Positions 32,229 to 44,800 are shown, counted from the first letter of the stretch. The stretch is 64,000 bases of DNA from the human T2T-CHM13v2.0 reference genome, Homo sapiens (GCA_009914755.4 CP086569.2:7072001-7136000); one strand, 5' to 3'. Numbers and translations: made by a program. Notes: generated by a model from the sequence alone, not told the origin.

Positions 32229-32755
32229 TGTAATGCCCAACCTCATTTCTCCTTTTTCACATAGCCTTGTTTCCACCTGAATAGACTCTCCCTTAGCTAA
32301 GAGAACAAGACAGACTCCATCTTGGCTCTTTCACTGGCAGCCCCTTCCTCAAGGACTTAACTTGTGCAAGCTGACTCCAAACACATCCAAGAATGCAATT
32401 AACTGATAAGATACTGTGGCAAGCTATATCTGCAGTCCCCAAGAACTCATCTGATTGATAACGCCCAAAGCCCCATGTCTATCACCTTGTAATAGTCTTA
32501 AAGCCCCTGCCCTTGGAACTGTTTACTTTCCTGTAACCATTTATCCTTTTAACTTTTTGACTACTTAACTTCTGTAAAATTGTTTTAACTAGACCCCCCT
32601 CCTCCCCTTTCTAAACCATGGTATAAAAGTTAATCAAGCCCCTTCCTCGGGGCCGAGAGAACTTTGAGCGTTAGTCATCTCTCGGCCGCCGGCTAATAAA
32701 TGACTCTTAATTCATCTCAAAGTGTGGCATTTTTCTAACTCACTCGGGTATGACA
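32229..32755 (+). mobile_element. Solo ERV LTR (probably class I / ERV1 given the 4-bp target-site duplication), inserted inside an Alu
   Basis: Starts 'tgtaatgccc...' and ends '...ctcactcgggtatgaca' (the TG...CA of an LTR). Contains a TATA-like 'ggtataaaagttaatcaagcc' and a poly(A) signal 'ggctaataaatgactc'. It is flanked by a direct repeat 'aagc' (32225-32228 and 32756-32759). Removing the LTR and one repeat copy restores the Alu consensus 'cctgggct(c/t)aagcgatcctccc'. Confidence 0.75.
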
Positions 32756-32820
32756 AAGCGATCCTCCCACCTCAGCCTTGTGAATAACTGGGACTACAGG
32801 TGTGAGCCATTGTGCCTGGC
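32756..32820 (-). mobile_element. Alu, part 2 of 2
   Basis: 'aagcgatcctcccacctcagccttgtgaataactgggactacaggtgtgagccattgtgcctggctg'. Confidence 0.85.
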
Positions 32821-33059
32821 TGACCCTGTTGTTTTATTCAGAATCCTAAAGTGGTTGCCATGGGCTGCAACATGGGTGTCCCTGAGCCCAGATGTTCACG
32901 TCCTAATCTCAGGAACCTGTGAATCTTTTACATTACATGGCAAACAGGACTTTCCAGATTAACGCTCTTGAGACAGGAGATTATTCTGGATTATTCAGAT
33001 GCGCTCAACATAACACCAAGCTCCTTGGAAGAGCGCAGCAGCAAGCAGTCAAAGATGAA

Positions 33060-33560
33060 GAAAGCAGATGCGATGAAGAAAGCAGAGAGAGACACAGAGA
33101 GGGACAGAGAAAGAGAAGAAGAGACAGGGAAACACACACACACAAAGAGAGAGACACTTAGAGACAGAGGCACAGAGACAGAGAGAGACAAAGAGAGAAT
33201 GAGAGACACAAAGAGAGACCGACAGAGAGACAGAGAGACAGAGAAAGAGAAGGAAAGACAGAGACAGAGAGACACACACACACACACACAGAGACAGAGA
33301 GTGACAAAGAGAGATGGAAAAACACAAAGAGAGACAGACAGAAACAGAGACAGAGACAGAGAGATAGGAAGAGACAAAGAGACACAGGCAGAGAGAGAGA
33401 GACAAAGAGAGACAGAGAATGGGACACAGAAAGGCAGAGAGAGGGAGACAGAGACAGAGGCAGAAAGAGAGACAGAGAGAGGCTGAAGACAGAGGCAGAA
33501 GGAGAGATAGAGAGAGGCAGAGACAGACAGACAGAGAAGGGGGAGGTGAAGCAGCACTCC
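33060..33560. repeat. Long purine-rich low-complexity tract, (GA)n/(GAGACA)n/(GAGAGACA)n mosaic (about 500 bp)
   Basis: 'agagagacacagagagggacagagaaagagaagaagagacagggaaacacacacacacaaagagagagacac...'. The top strand is nearly all purine and open on both strands in all frames. Confidence 0.95.
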
Positions 33561-33599
33561 TGGTTTTGAAGACACAGGAAGGAGCCATGAGCCAAGGAA

Positions 33600-33757
33600 T
33601 GCCGGGCTTTGTGGCGGGCGCCTGTAGTCCCAGCTACTCGGGAGGCTGAGGCAGGAGAATGGCATGAATCCTGTTGGCGGAGCTTGCTGTGAGCCGAGAT
33701 CGTGCCACTGCACCCTAGCCTGGGCGACTGAGACTCTGTCTCAAAAAAAAAAAAAGC
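33600..33757 (+). mobile_element. Alu right-arm fragment (AluY-like)
   Basis: 'ccgggctttgtggcgggcgcctgtagtcccagctactcgggaggctgaggcaggagaatggcatgaatcctgttggcggagcttgctgtgagccgagatcgtgccactgcaccctagcctgggcgactgagactctgtctcaaaaaaaaaaaaa'. Confidence 0.85.
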
Positions 33758-34499
33758 ATCTTACATCTCATTTTACTATTAAAATGAGAAAGGGTCAGTT
33801 TGAGGACAGGTAACCTCAAAATGCTCATGCTCTCTGTAAGGGAAAGTCCCTACTGAAGAATTGTTTTGCTTGAATGAGCTCAATGACAATGCAAATGCTG
33901 AAGCTTAGTACGGTCATGGTTACCATGCTTGCTGCACATAGAGAACATGTGTAAAAAACTAGAGTTTGCATAAGACAATCAATCATGAAGCCACACACAC
34001 ACACATGTCCCCCACAAGTGAGGATGACACATGAAAAATTGACTCTTCCAAATCCTTGGGGAAAAATATGATTCAGAATCCCTCTTCAGAAGTCACTGGT
34101 TTTTATTGTGGAGTTGTGAAAGGTCAGTCTGTGCTCTGGAAAATCCTGATGTGAGTGGGACTTGTGTTCAGTTTCCCGTTAACCCTTTTTGGGAGTCTGC
34201 CTTCTCCTTTAGTAGATTAAGTCTTGTTAATTCCAGGCTCTCTGCTGCAGTAGGGGGTTTGTCTTTCTTGGAAGTAAATCATCTGGGTTTTCGAACCTGA
34301 CAATCCATTTGCTGCCAGTGCACTATTTATTAATTCTTACTCAAGTGTCAATGGCTACTTAATTATGGCAACAGGCAAACAGCACAGGCATTTTACCAGA
34401 CCTAATGCCATAATAGTGGAACACCTACTGAGTACCCAGAAGAGCAAGAGGATGCTACTTTATCTACAAGTTGGCTGTGAAGGGAAACTGATTTGCTCT

Positions 34500-34690
34500 T
34501 TTGCAAACAGCATTTGTATCTACTCTCTCCCCTTTTTTCCTGCTTCAGATTATTCTCTTCTTGTTTCCCACTCTCTGTCAAATTCTCTGACATTAAAACT
34601 CTTTCCTCCCATTTCCTCCCCTCACCTCCCCTTTACTCCCTTCACCTCCTCTCTTCTCTTTTCCTTTCCTTTCCTTTTGACAGGATTTTG
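34500..34690. repeat. Pyrimidine (CT)-rich low-complexity tract
   Basis: 'ctctctccccttttttcctgcttc...ttcctcccctcacctcccctttactcccttcacctcctctcttctcttttcctttcctttcc'. Confidence 0.8.
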
Positions 34691-34756
34691 CTTGTCACCC
34701 AGGCTGGAGTGCAGCGGCACAATCATAGCTCACTGCAGCCTCCAACTCCTGGATAT
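34690..34756 (-). mobile_element. Alu fragment (antisense)
   Basis: 'ttgcttgtcacccaggctggagtgcagcggcacaatcatagctcactgcagcctccaactcctgg'. Confidence 0.75.
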
Positions 34757-35112
34757 ATATATTACATATATGACAGTCATTCCTTAAAATTATAATGAAT
34801 CTGCCCTATACTAGTGTACCTTTTTTTTTTATACCATATTTTTACTGTACATTTTAATGTTTGGATGAATTTAGATACAGAAATATTTACCATTGTGTTA
34901 TAATTGCCTACAGTATTTAGTACAGTAACCTGCTATACAGATTTGTGGCCCAGGAGCCACAGGCTAGACCATATAGCCTACGTGTGTAGTAGGCTAGACC
35001 ATCCAGGCTTGTGAAAGTGCATTCTGTGATGTTCACACAAAGTCACCTAAGGACACAGTTATCAGAATGTATCTCTGTTGTTAAGTGATACATGACTGTA
35101 GCCTTTGCTGCC

Positions 35113-35472
35113 CCTCTGGCCTGAATGTTCATGTATTCTCCAAATTTATCCTAATCCCCAAGGTTATAGTATTAGAAATTGGGGCTTTGGGGAGGTGATG
35201 AGGCCATGAGGGTGGAGCCTCATAGGTGAAATCAGGACACTTATAAAAGAGACCACAGAGAGCTCCCTTGCCCCTTCCACCATGTAAGAACACAGCAAGA
35301 AGGACTATCTACAAACCAGAAAGGAAGTCCATACCAGACACTAAATCTGCCATGTCTTTATCTTGGACTTCCAGAGTCCAGAACTGTGGGCAATAAATGT
35401 CTGCTGTCTATAAGCCACTCAGTATACTGTATTTTGTTATGGAAGCCCACACTGACCAAGATAGTTACAGAC
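35113..35472 (+). mobile_element. MaLR solo LTR (MST/MLT1-type)
   Basis: '...ggaggtgatgaggccatgagggtggagcctcataggtgaaatcaggacacttataaaagagaccacagagagctcccttgccccttccaccatgtaagaacacagcaagaagg...cttggacttccagagtccagaactgtgggcaataaatgtctgctgtctataagccactcagtatactgtattttgttatggaagccc'. Confidence 0.8.
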
Positions 35473-36946
35473 TGAGATCTGAGAAATCTCATGCTTTTGG
35501 GCATGAAAAAAAAAATTAGAGACAGGACTGGTGGAGGTTTTTTCTTGGAATATCATCTTTAATTTGAGTTCCCTTCCAGAGGCCATTTCTTACTGTGACT
35601 GGAAATGTCTGAGTAGCCTGTGTTCTCTTTCTTTGTATTCCTGCTCTGATCTTATCTTCTAGTCTCCAACCAGAAAGTTTAATCTTGACAGGTACTGACA
35701 GAAATGAAAAATGTGACCATTTCCTCCAGGGTGACCATGTGTTTTAAGTTCTCTGAAAAAAGCTAGCATGTGTAATTTTGTACATTCTTATTGTTTTTAC
35801 AAAACCTCTCTACTTTCAAAGAATAACATGCTGTGGATGAAGAAGCCTCTTCAGATCATGATCTGACTTTTGTTTACTGTAATTTGGTGATTTGATGATA
35901 ATCAGAGAGAAATCATAGCACTGATATACCTGCTGGGGACATTAAAATGGGATTGAGACAGAGTTAATTCCCAACTGGGGAATGGTGATGCAATGTGTGA
36001 GAACCATGCCTGTCTACAACAGCTCTTGGGCATTGGAAAATCCGCACATAATTTCTTGCAGAAATGGCTGCCTAAGGGCGGCAGGCTTTTGAGGTCTGCA
36101 GTTTGTCTGGTCTTCTTCTGACAGTTTATAATAGATTTGTTTCTGTAGCTGTGACCACATGCGTATGGTATTTAGTGATGTCATGAAAGAGTTGCTAATG
36201 CTGTAGTCAGAAAAAAATGGATGAGGTTAACAGGCTTGGGAAGTTTTAACCTCGAATAGCCTAACACTTTGGTGAACATAAAGGCAGTCTGGACAATCCA
36301 TTGAGACTATTTTTGTTGTTGTTGCAGAAAAACATCTATATGCTTGAAATACACATCTTTGTTATAGATACAGAGAATGTGAAGGCTTTCTTTCTTCCCA
36401 AACATGTAGAGCTAAGGCTACATTTTCTAAATCTCAAATAAATTGAATGCAAATATACTCCAATAGTAAGAAACAACACTAAAGGATACCACTATAGCAT
36501 ATGCTGTACCAGTTACTTGATCCTCAGTGTGGGGGTTCACGGCAACTGAAGAACAGATTACAGTTTTGTTACATGATAGTTAATACCACTATAGCATATG
36601 CTAAGTTCTTCTGCTTAGTCTTGTTAAAGCAAATAATTTTAATTCACAGGTGGGTATCTTGAAGGTATCGTCTTTGTTTATAGACTGAGGTTTACAGAAA
36701 TTAACAGAAATAAACATGATTTTTATCTACAAGCAAAATCAAAGATGATAAATTCAGATTAACTGTAATTACCTCAATGTTTTATGCAAAAGTGTCTTTA
36801 TTTTGAAACAACCCAACATAAGAAAGCAAACTTGAACTGTAATTAGATTGTCTCAGTATAAACCATTTAACTGACACTGTACTAAGTTGTTTAATAGGTG
36901 ACTTACTCATAATATGCTGGGTTTGATGTTTATCTTTTCAGGATAG

Positions 36947-37285
<339 letters not shown>

Positions 37286-37309
37286 TAAGAGGTGACCAAT
37301 TAAGTAACC

Positions 37310-37400
37310 TGAAACTATATGTGTATATAGTATATATATATATACACACATATGTATATATATGTGTGTGTGTCTGTACATATTATTTTATATATATATA
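37310..37400. repeat. (TA)n/(TG)n microsatellite mosaic
   Basis: 'tatatatatatacacacatatgtatatatatgtgtgtgtgtctgtacatattattttatatatatata'. Confidence 0.9.
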
Positions 37401-37439
37401 TAAACTGCATCAGACAAATCTGGCTTAACTTTCATGTAA

Positions 37440-37920
37440 CAAAATTGTGATTTGTTCTTCAGTTGCCATGAACCCTCACACTGAAGATCATGTAACTTGA
37501 ATGTGCCAGGATGAACCTAGCATGCAACTTGAGATAATCCTAATTGAGAAGTAGGGACTGAATTAAGAAGCAGACACCACATTTCATGATTCAGGATCCA
37601 ATCAGATTGAACCCTGGGATCACCCTATGGCAAGATCCAATTAGATCGTGCCTCCTGGCATCATCCCATGGCAAGATCCAATCAGAACATGCCTTGTGGC
37701 ATCACTTCATTGCAAAGTCCAATTAGATCTTGTCTAATTACCATGTGCTTATAAAGCCTGACCTGAAGCTCAGCTCACAGACAAGATTTGAGCATTACCT
37801 CCAGTCTCTTTGCCAGCTGACTCACAATAAAGCTTTTCTTTTGTCAAAAGCCAGTGTCATAGTATTAGTCTCTATGTGGATTGAGCGGCGAGCTCATTGA
37901 TTGGTCATCTATAGCTGTAT
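37440..37920 (+). mobile_element. LTR-like sequence with about 3.5 tandem 40-bp CCAAT-containing repeats followed by TATA-like and poly(A) signals; possible solo ERV LTR, family uncertain
   Basis: Repeat units 'ccaatcagattgaaccctgggatcaccctatggcaagat', 'ccaattagatcgtgcctcctggcatcatcccatggcaagat' and 'ccaatcagaacatgccttgtggcatcacttcattgcaaagt', then 'cttataaagcctgacc' and 'ctcacaataaagcttttc'. Confidence 0.35.
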
Positions 37921-39419
37921 CTATAGCTATAGATACTCATCTACAGAAACATCATGGCTGTGTGATGATAGCAATGATGTCAAACAGGTACTGTAAGACC
38001 ATAAGGTCTTTACAGGTTCCCTGATCAAAATGACCCAATACAAAACGTTGTTTTTTGAAGTTGAGCAGAAAGAGAGATGAGCAGAAATCACTTAGTGGGT
38101 TGAGGAGACTAATGCAAAAGGTATTTGGAGAATAGGAGGAGGAAGTGGGCTGGATAAACACAGTAGGGACTACATGTTGGCTGCTTCCATGGAGACTGTT
38201 TCTGAGGTGAAAGTACTCATGCCAGGAAACAAAAATAAAGAGATATTTTAGTTTATGAGTGTATCTGCTTTCCTAACATGCAGCTGTTTATTAACATTAA
38301 TGGATATCTGGTTTTTTTTTTCACTCCATCCAAATTTAAAGCTTCATAGAATCCTAAACTTCAGTGTTGGAAGAATCCCTTAACCCTGTCACCCCACTTC
38401 TTTCAAGGAGAGTTCTTATCCAGGATTATAAATAAAAATCCCAGGGAGAACATTATCAAAATTCATGCACCCTATTCTTTTTCAGTAGATCTGAGAGAGG
38501 GGAAAAAAATCTTAACTACCTATTTAAAAAATTTTTTAAAAAGGATCTTTCTGATATATACCCTGAAAGAATCACCATCACATGGAAAAAGAGTACCTTA
38601 AAAATAGTTACATTTTTCCACTTGATCATGCCAAACAATTATGTGAATAAGAAAATGACATATTTTGCACCTAACTTGCCAAGCTGAAAAGACTTTTTCC
38701 TTTTGTATATTCGCTAGCAAATTGGGACAGTTTAACTTGCATCTTAGCCAATTTCTGCAGAAGCTGGGGCTCTGTGTATTTAGCTGGTTTGCAACTGATA
38801 AAAGCAGCTGTATCTCCACTGGATGGAAATTGCAGTGTGTAACACATGGCATGCAAAACAGGATATGAGAGGATTTTGGCAAGCAAAGGGACTCAGTTTC
38901 AGAAAGCTCTGGGGCTCCTCAGTTAGAATTCACTCTGCTGCCTCTACCTGCTGACAACTCACATCAATGCCTGGGTGTATGGATCTTGCTGGAAAATCAA
39001 AATGTAACTGGCAAAGAGAAATGCAGAGGTTCAATATTGTGCAAGGTAGGAGGAAGGCAGGTAGGAGACTTGCTGATAAGATAAATGTTGAATGAATAAC
39101 AGTAGATAATCTGCCAATTGTTGGGCTGATGGTAAAAAGTATGAAGGAAGTTTTCTTAGACTGACTCATCAACCTGGAATTGAAGCAAGTGCATGGTGGG
39201 GAGATGCTGGCTTTCATGGGAGGAATGGTGTTGAAAAGTCAAAACAGAGAACAAACTTGTCCCATCTCTACTTGGGTTCATATCCTTTCTCTTTGCAAAG
39301 CAAGCTGTGATTCAGAGGCAGTGAAAGCCATCACCTGGGGCTTCAGTTCTTTCCAGACTTACCCTTCAGTGGATCAAAGTTTTGTGTCTAATCCATTATG
39401 GGGAGATCAACCTTTAAAT

Positions 39420-39545
39420 TTTTATCTTTTCTCCCTTTTTCCTTCTTCTTTCTCCTCTTCCTCCTTCTCTTTTCCTCCTCTTCCTTCTCTCCTGCTTTTT
39501 CTCTTTTCCTTCTCCTTTTTCTCCTTTGACTTCTTATTCTTCAGG
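39420..39545. repeat. CT-rich low-complexity tract
   Basis: 'ttctcccttttttccttcttctttctcctcttcctccttctcttttcctcctcttccttctctcctgctttttctcttttccttctcc'. Confidence 0.8.
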
Positions 39546-40184
39546 GCTTACCCTTCACGTTAATGTGTAAACAATATGATTTGAGTCAAACTTGGACATT
39601 GGGGAAAAGTTTATTCCTTATGGGTGCCTTCACTAGTACTTATGATATCAGTCCACAGCATCAAAAATATGACATTAGGCTCTCCCTTAATTCTCCAAAT
39701 GCAGTTAAATCTAGGTGGTGACATATACCACAATCTTAATGTATTGGCTAATGAGAGGATGAACAAGCCAAAAAGAAAAGAGAAGGAAAGGACATTAATT
39801 TGGAAACTGCCAATGACAACTTTTACTGTCCATTGCCATAATCCCTACTGGTAGGTCCTTGAAGGCATTCTTGATATGGTAAAATAAACATGGCATTTTA
39901 CTTCCATGGTTTTACCAAAACCTGTAAGCCGTCTGAACATGAAAAAAAATCTTGACATAGCCTAATTGAGGTATATTCTAGAAAATACCTGCCAAGTTGT
40001 GTCCTCAAGACTGTCAAGGTCATCAAAAACAAGGACTGTCTAAGAAATTGTCTCATCCAAGAGGAGCATAAAGAGATGTGTGATAACAAAATGTAACTTA
40101 GGATCTTGGAAGATGCTGGAGCAGAAAGAGAATATTAGGTGAAAACCAAGGAGATCTAAATAAAGTAGGAAATTTAGATGGTGA

Positions 40185-40480
40185 TGATGGTGATGATCAT
40201 GATGATGATGGTGGTGATGGTGATGATGGTGTTGGTGATGATAGTCATGATGATGGTGATGATCATGGTGGTGATGATGACTGTGATTATGGTGATGGTG
40301 ATGGTGATGATGATATGATGGTGATGATGATGGTGATGGTGAAGATGATGGTGATGGTGATGATGCTGATGATGATGAGTTGATGACAGTGATGATAATG
40401 GTGATGGTGATGGTGGTGGTGGTGATGGTGATGATGGTGATGAGATGATGATGGTGATGGTGATGATGGTGATATAAGCT
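40185..40480. repeat. Minisatellite: about 20 copies of a degenerate 15-bp unit (GATGATGGTGATGGT)n
   Basis: 'gatggtgatgatggtgatgatcatgatgatgatggtggtgatggtgatgatggtgttggtgatgat...' recurs across about 300 bp. Confidence 0.9.
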
Positions 40481-41098
40481 TCCAATAAGCTATAATGTTG
40501 TTTCTAAATATAGGTCCAATATAGTTTAGTAGACACACAGGAAAGTCTTTTCAGGGAAGCTAGCTCTCACTGATGTCTTTGCTATCCAAAGAATGTTATA
40601 CTTGCTCAGCAAACAACATCTATAGGAACTAGCACTCAGGAAAGTAAAAAAAAAAAAAAGACAGCAGAGGGCCAGTCCATTCTTCTCGTAGTTCATTCAT
40701 ATACTTGGTCACATGCTGCCACTACCTGCAAGGGAGATTGGGAGAAGGTATCCCTATAAGGGCAGACATGTGCCCAACAAAAACTTTGGTGGTGGGCGGG
40801 GTGGGGGAGTTCTATGACACAAAATACAAAGGAGAGAATGGCAGTTACCCCTGTCTGTCTTAGCCTTCATAGAGATGATGAGTTGAACCAGGAAAACAGC
40901 AGAGGGACTAAGAAGAAAGGGAAAGATTGGAGAGGGAAGTTACCCACAGAGTTGGTGAACATTTTGCCAGGTCTGACCTGAAGATCATGATTGGACATGG
41001 AAGCTAAAAAATGTGGCCATGATTTCTCACTTGGATAAACAGATAGTGACTCCTTGAGATATGACATGTAATGGTGGTACAGTGGGGATGAAGGGAAT

Positions 41099-41525
41099 GC
41101 TATGGTTTGAAGGTTTTTGTCCCCTCCAAAACGCATGTGTTGGATACATAACTTCCAATGCAACAGTTTTGGGAGGTGGAGCCTAATGGGAGGTGTTTAG
41201 GTCATTGAGGGCTCCACTTCATGAGTTCATTAAAGCAGCCATAAGAAAAGCATGTGTGGGGATGGGTTCTCCTCTTTCTCTCTTTCTCTGTCTCTCTCCC
41301 CCACAACCCCCATGTTTCTTTGCCACACAAAGATACAAACTTTCTCCCGTCTGGAGGGCCTAGCATTCAAGGCACCATTCTGTAGGATAGGAGAACAAGT
41401 CCTGACCCATGGTACCTTGTTTTTGGACTTCCCAGACTACAGAACTGTGAAAGAATAAATTTCTTTTCTTCATAAGTTACCCAGTCTGTGGTAATTTGTG
41501 ATGCAGCATAAAATTGACTAAGATG
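41099..41525 (+). mobile_element. MaLR solo LTR (MST-type)
   Basis: 'tgctatggtttgaaggtttttgtcccctccaaaacgcatgtgttggatacataacttccaatgcaacagttttgggaggtggagcctaatgggaggtgtttaggtcattgagggctccacttcatgag...ggacttcccagactacagaactgtgaaagaataaatttcttttcttcataagttacccagtctgtggtaatttgtgatgcagcataaaattgactaagat'. Confidence 0.8.
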
Positions 41526-44199
41526 AGGTGAGGGGCTAATAAATATGAGTTTGAGTTAAATAGAGGCATCCAAGAAAACAAATTCAGTAGAATAATGACA
41601 ATTTGAGTCTCACCAGGGAAAGGCTAAAGACCCGGGGAGCCATGTGTGTATGGGATGTATTTAATGGAGCAGAAGTAGATGAGGTCTCAGAGAAAAAGAA
41701 AGAGACCAAGTATAAACTCTTACAAATATGGGTATGTGGAGGAGAGAAAACAATAAAATATGATAGATATGGGAAGTATGAGCACTATCAGGAAAAGGCA
41801 AGAAGGAGTACACTATGGAAACCAGGGGGGGGATAGATTTTGGAAGAGAGAGACAAGTCAGAAACTCAAAGAAGAAGATAAACTCTTCAGAATGGGTTCC
41901 TGGTTTGGAAATGAGATCTCAATCATGTTTCCAAAGGTGACATCACAGAGCAATGAAGTTGGCTGGAGCCATGACCCTTGGGAAAAAAAGAGTGTGGTCC
42001 ATGGGTGAAGATATTTGCTAGTGACAGGAAGAAGAGAGTGGACAGTAGCTTTTGGGAAAGAGGCAGAAAACTTAGTGAAGGCAGGAAATTCTGAGAACAT
42101 CTGCCATGTTGTTTTTTTTTTCTTCTAAAAACATCTAGCACTATCTGGCATCTTTGATTCATGTCAAGTTGTTGAAAACAAAGGAGAAGAGAGAGACTAA
42201 GAGAATGCCAGTGAGCTACCTCATCATGAGCAGGAAGAGGAGGAGGACATGAGTGTTGGCCTGGTCACGTAGTGTCTGTGGTCGAGACATGACCAAAAAA
42301 GAGGCCAACGGGGAGATTAAAATGGGTGAGCAGAGCAGGGTTTTGGGAGGGAGGAATGAACCCAATATCCTGGAAATAAAGATTCCCCTGAGGATATGAT
42401 AATAGCCTTGTATCTAAGATGAATGTGGCTTGCCATGGGCGATGCTACACATTCCATCGCAATAACACCATACATATAAGCTGTCTCAGTTCTTATTAGT
42501 CATTGTCTCATGTCCCCTGATATAATGAGAAGAGATTCTTACTAATGGTCTTTTATTCTCTTCTCTCTCTTTCCCTTGGTGTAAATTATGGTTCTGAGTA
42601 AACTGTAAGCCTCTTTTTTTGTTGTTGCTGTTTTTTCACTGCACAGAACTCTCAAATCCCATCATTCCATAGGAATCCGATTGATGTCATCTAAACCTCA
42701 GCATATATTTTTTGTTAATGATGAAAAGTTTCTCTCACCATCACCAAGGGAGTTTACTGAGACCTAAGGGTGTAAGCTAAACTCTCTTTATCATTTAAAA
42801 AACAAAACAAAACAAAACAGAATTTCCAATGCCATTGGGGGAAACCCTCTGGAAATATTTTTTTAAAAAGAAAACATTAATGCAAAAGGAATTCATACAG
42901 TCTATCTCAAATGCCCCCGTGCTATAATTTATTTTTATCAAGCTATGAAAAGAATTATATGGTGTTTAATGGCAACACCTTGATTGCATACAGATATGCT
43001 GAACATGTGTCAATTATTTTTCTTAGATGTTACATTGACAGAATTTGAAAGCTCCAGATGTGAAAAGTTAAAGAAAAAAGTTGATCCCCTTGAGTTTTGT
43101 TGGAATTCTCTCATGCTTATTCATGTTTCTTACATTAGTAAGAGTACTTATATGATCGTTTGGGAGAAGCTAGTTATGCCAAAGGTTTCTTGTTACCAAT
43201 GTTTAAATAGCTGTAAAACATTCTTTCTCTACTTGGAGAGCTAAGATTTGCTTTTTTCCCCCCTTACACGTTAGTACTTTGTAATGTGCTTGAATATGAG
43301 CTTGTTGAGGAGTCTTTTGCCTCTTGAGTGGGGTCTACCTCAAGCTGGTATGGCTGTCCTCCTGCAAAAGACTCCAAAGGCTCCTCAAGCACAGCCCATG
43401 GGTCAGGACCCGGGCTGGCAAGAAAGCCAAAAATTCACAGGCAGTAAAGGCTCATTCTGTCTTCCAGGAGGGGGAAGAACAGAACAAACATGGAAGAGAG
43501 GATAATTGACGGGAATTTGGCTACAGTAAAAGATAATTTAATTTTCTCTTGGTCAGGCAGCAAGGGTGGAGGAGATGCTGGTAGGGGGTTGGCCCCATTC
43601 TGTCCTGGGACCTCCCAGCACCTGGCTGAGATCTTTGTAAGATTCCCAAGATCTCTTTCAGTTTTAATACCACTTCTTTATTTTCCAGCAGAGAAACAGC
43701 ATTACACTGCTGACCACAGTGTAACCATACACCCAGTCTTTCCCAGGGATACTTGGGACAGACATCAATTTAAAAATTCATCGTTCCTGGCAACAAGAGA
43801 AACCAGGGATTACTAAGCAGGCAGGGAGGGTTGGTAGCAAGGGTTGAAAAAGTACTTAGTGGGTGCTAATGCTCACTATGTGGGTGACAGCTTCAGTTGT
43901 ACCCAAGACCTCAGCATCACGCTATCATGAAAAAAACCTGCACAAGTATCCCCTGAATCTGAAATAAAAGTTGAAATTATTTTTGAAAAATGCATCCTTC
44001 CAAATTGGTGACAACTCATTCCCGGCCATAGTCTGAATAATGTTCTCCAAACAGATCAGCTGTTCCTCTCTGCACCCTGCGAATGGAACCTTATTTGGAA
44101 AAAATAATTTTTGAAGATGTGTATAAGGTACAGATCTTGAGATGGGCAGATAATCCTGCCTGTAGAGGGAAATAACTAGATGATTAATAAATGAGTTGT

Positions 44200-44645
44200 G
44201 GGTTTGTGCACTGAATCTGGAGATCTGACACATTTACAAAATTATTTTTGGGGGGCTGACCTCACTATCTGGGCTGGCCTTGGCAGAAGCTGTGGGGGAT
44301 ATGCTGGTTCCACTCAACTAGATATGCCAGATGGAAAAAAAATAAAAGTACTTTCAACAAACCGAGCAGTGGTGACTCCTAAATTGCCAGACATGGATCC
44401 TAATGTGAGGAAGACACAAGGAGACCTGACACACCTACAGAGTAGAAGATGGTGTGAGACAGAGCACAGAGAGAATTCAGAGAGGCTGGCCTTGAGGATC
44501 AGAGTGATGACGATGGAGCTGCCAGAAGCTGGAGGAGGTAAGGAAGGATCCTCCCCACAGGCTTTCCAAGGGAGCACAACCGTGGAGAAACCCTGACTTC
44601 AGCTCAGTGGTATTGATTCAGGACTTCCAACTTCCAGAACCATGA
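44200..44645 (+). mobile_element. Diverged MaLR (MLT1-like) LTR fragment
   Basis: '...caggacttccaacttccagaaccatgaga' resembles the MLT1 '...cttggacttcccagcctccagaactgtgagaaataaatg' end. The upstream part is weakly similar. Low confidence. Confidence 0.35.
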
Positions 44646-44649
44646 GAGT

Positions 44650-44690
44650 ATGTATTAGGTTGGTGCAAAAGTAATGGCAGTTTCAATATG
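44650..44690. mobile_element. MADE1 (Hsmar1-derived MITE) terminal fragment
   Basis: 'ttaggttggtgcaaaagtaatggcagtttc' matches the MADE1 inverted-repeat consensus 'TTAGGTTGGTGCAAAAGTAATTGCGGTTTT'. Confidence 0.7.
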
Positions 44691-44800
44691 CACGTTACTG
44701 GAAGCCTCTACATTGGTGGCAATTTGTTACAGCACCCCTAAGGAATAAATGCATTCCCCTAACAAATGAGTGTCAAAGGCAAGGATATTAGAAAAAAACA

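Noticed and set aside
32968-33713. Very long ORFs on both strands (240, 179, 172, 145 aa).
   Set aside because: They lie entirely in the GA/GACA low-complexity tract. The stop-free frames come from the composition. The translations are polymers (SLSLSL..., RERERD...). This is not a gene.
38598-38886. Three mutually overlapping ORFs (94, 71 and 67 aa) on both strands in unique sequence.
   Set aside because: They overlap one another in different frames. None shows recognisable domain similarity. Probably chance ORFs. Conservation (phyloP) could be checked but nothing in the sequence supports coding.
40174-40538. Poly-histidine/isoleucine ORFs (HHHHHHH...).
   Set aside because: These are translations of the (GATGGT)n minisatellite, not a His-rich protein gene.
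44198-44596. 132-aa plus-strand ORF.
   Set aside because: It lies inside a diverged MLT1-like LTR fragment followed by a MADE1 fragment. There is no coding evidence.
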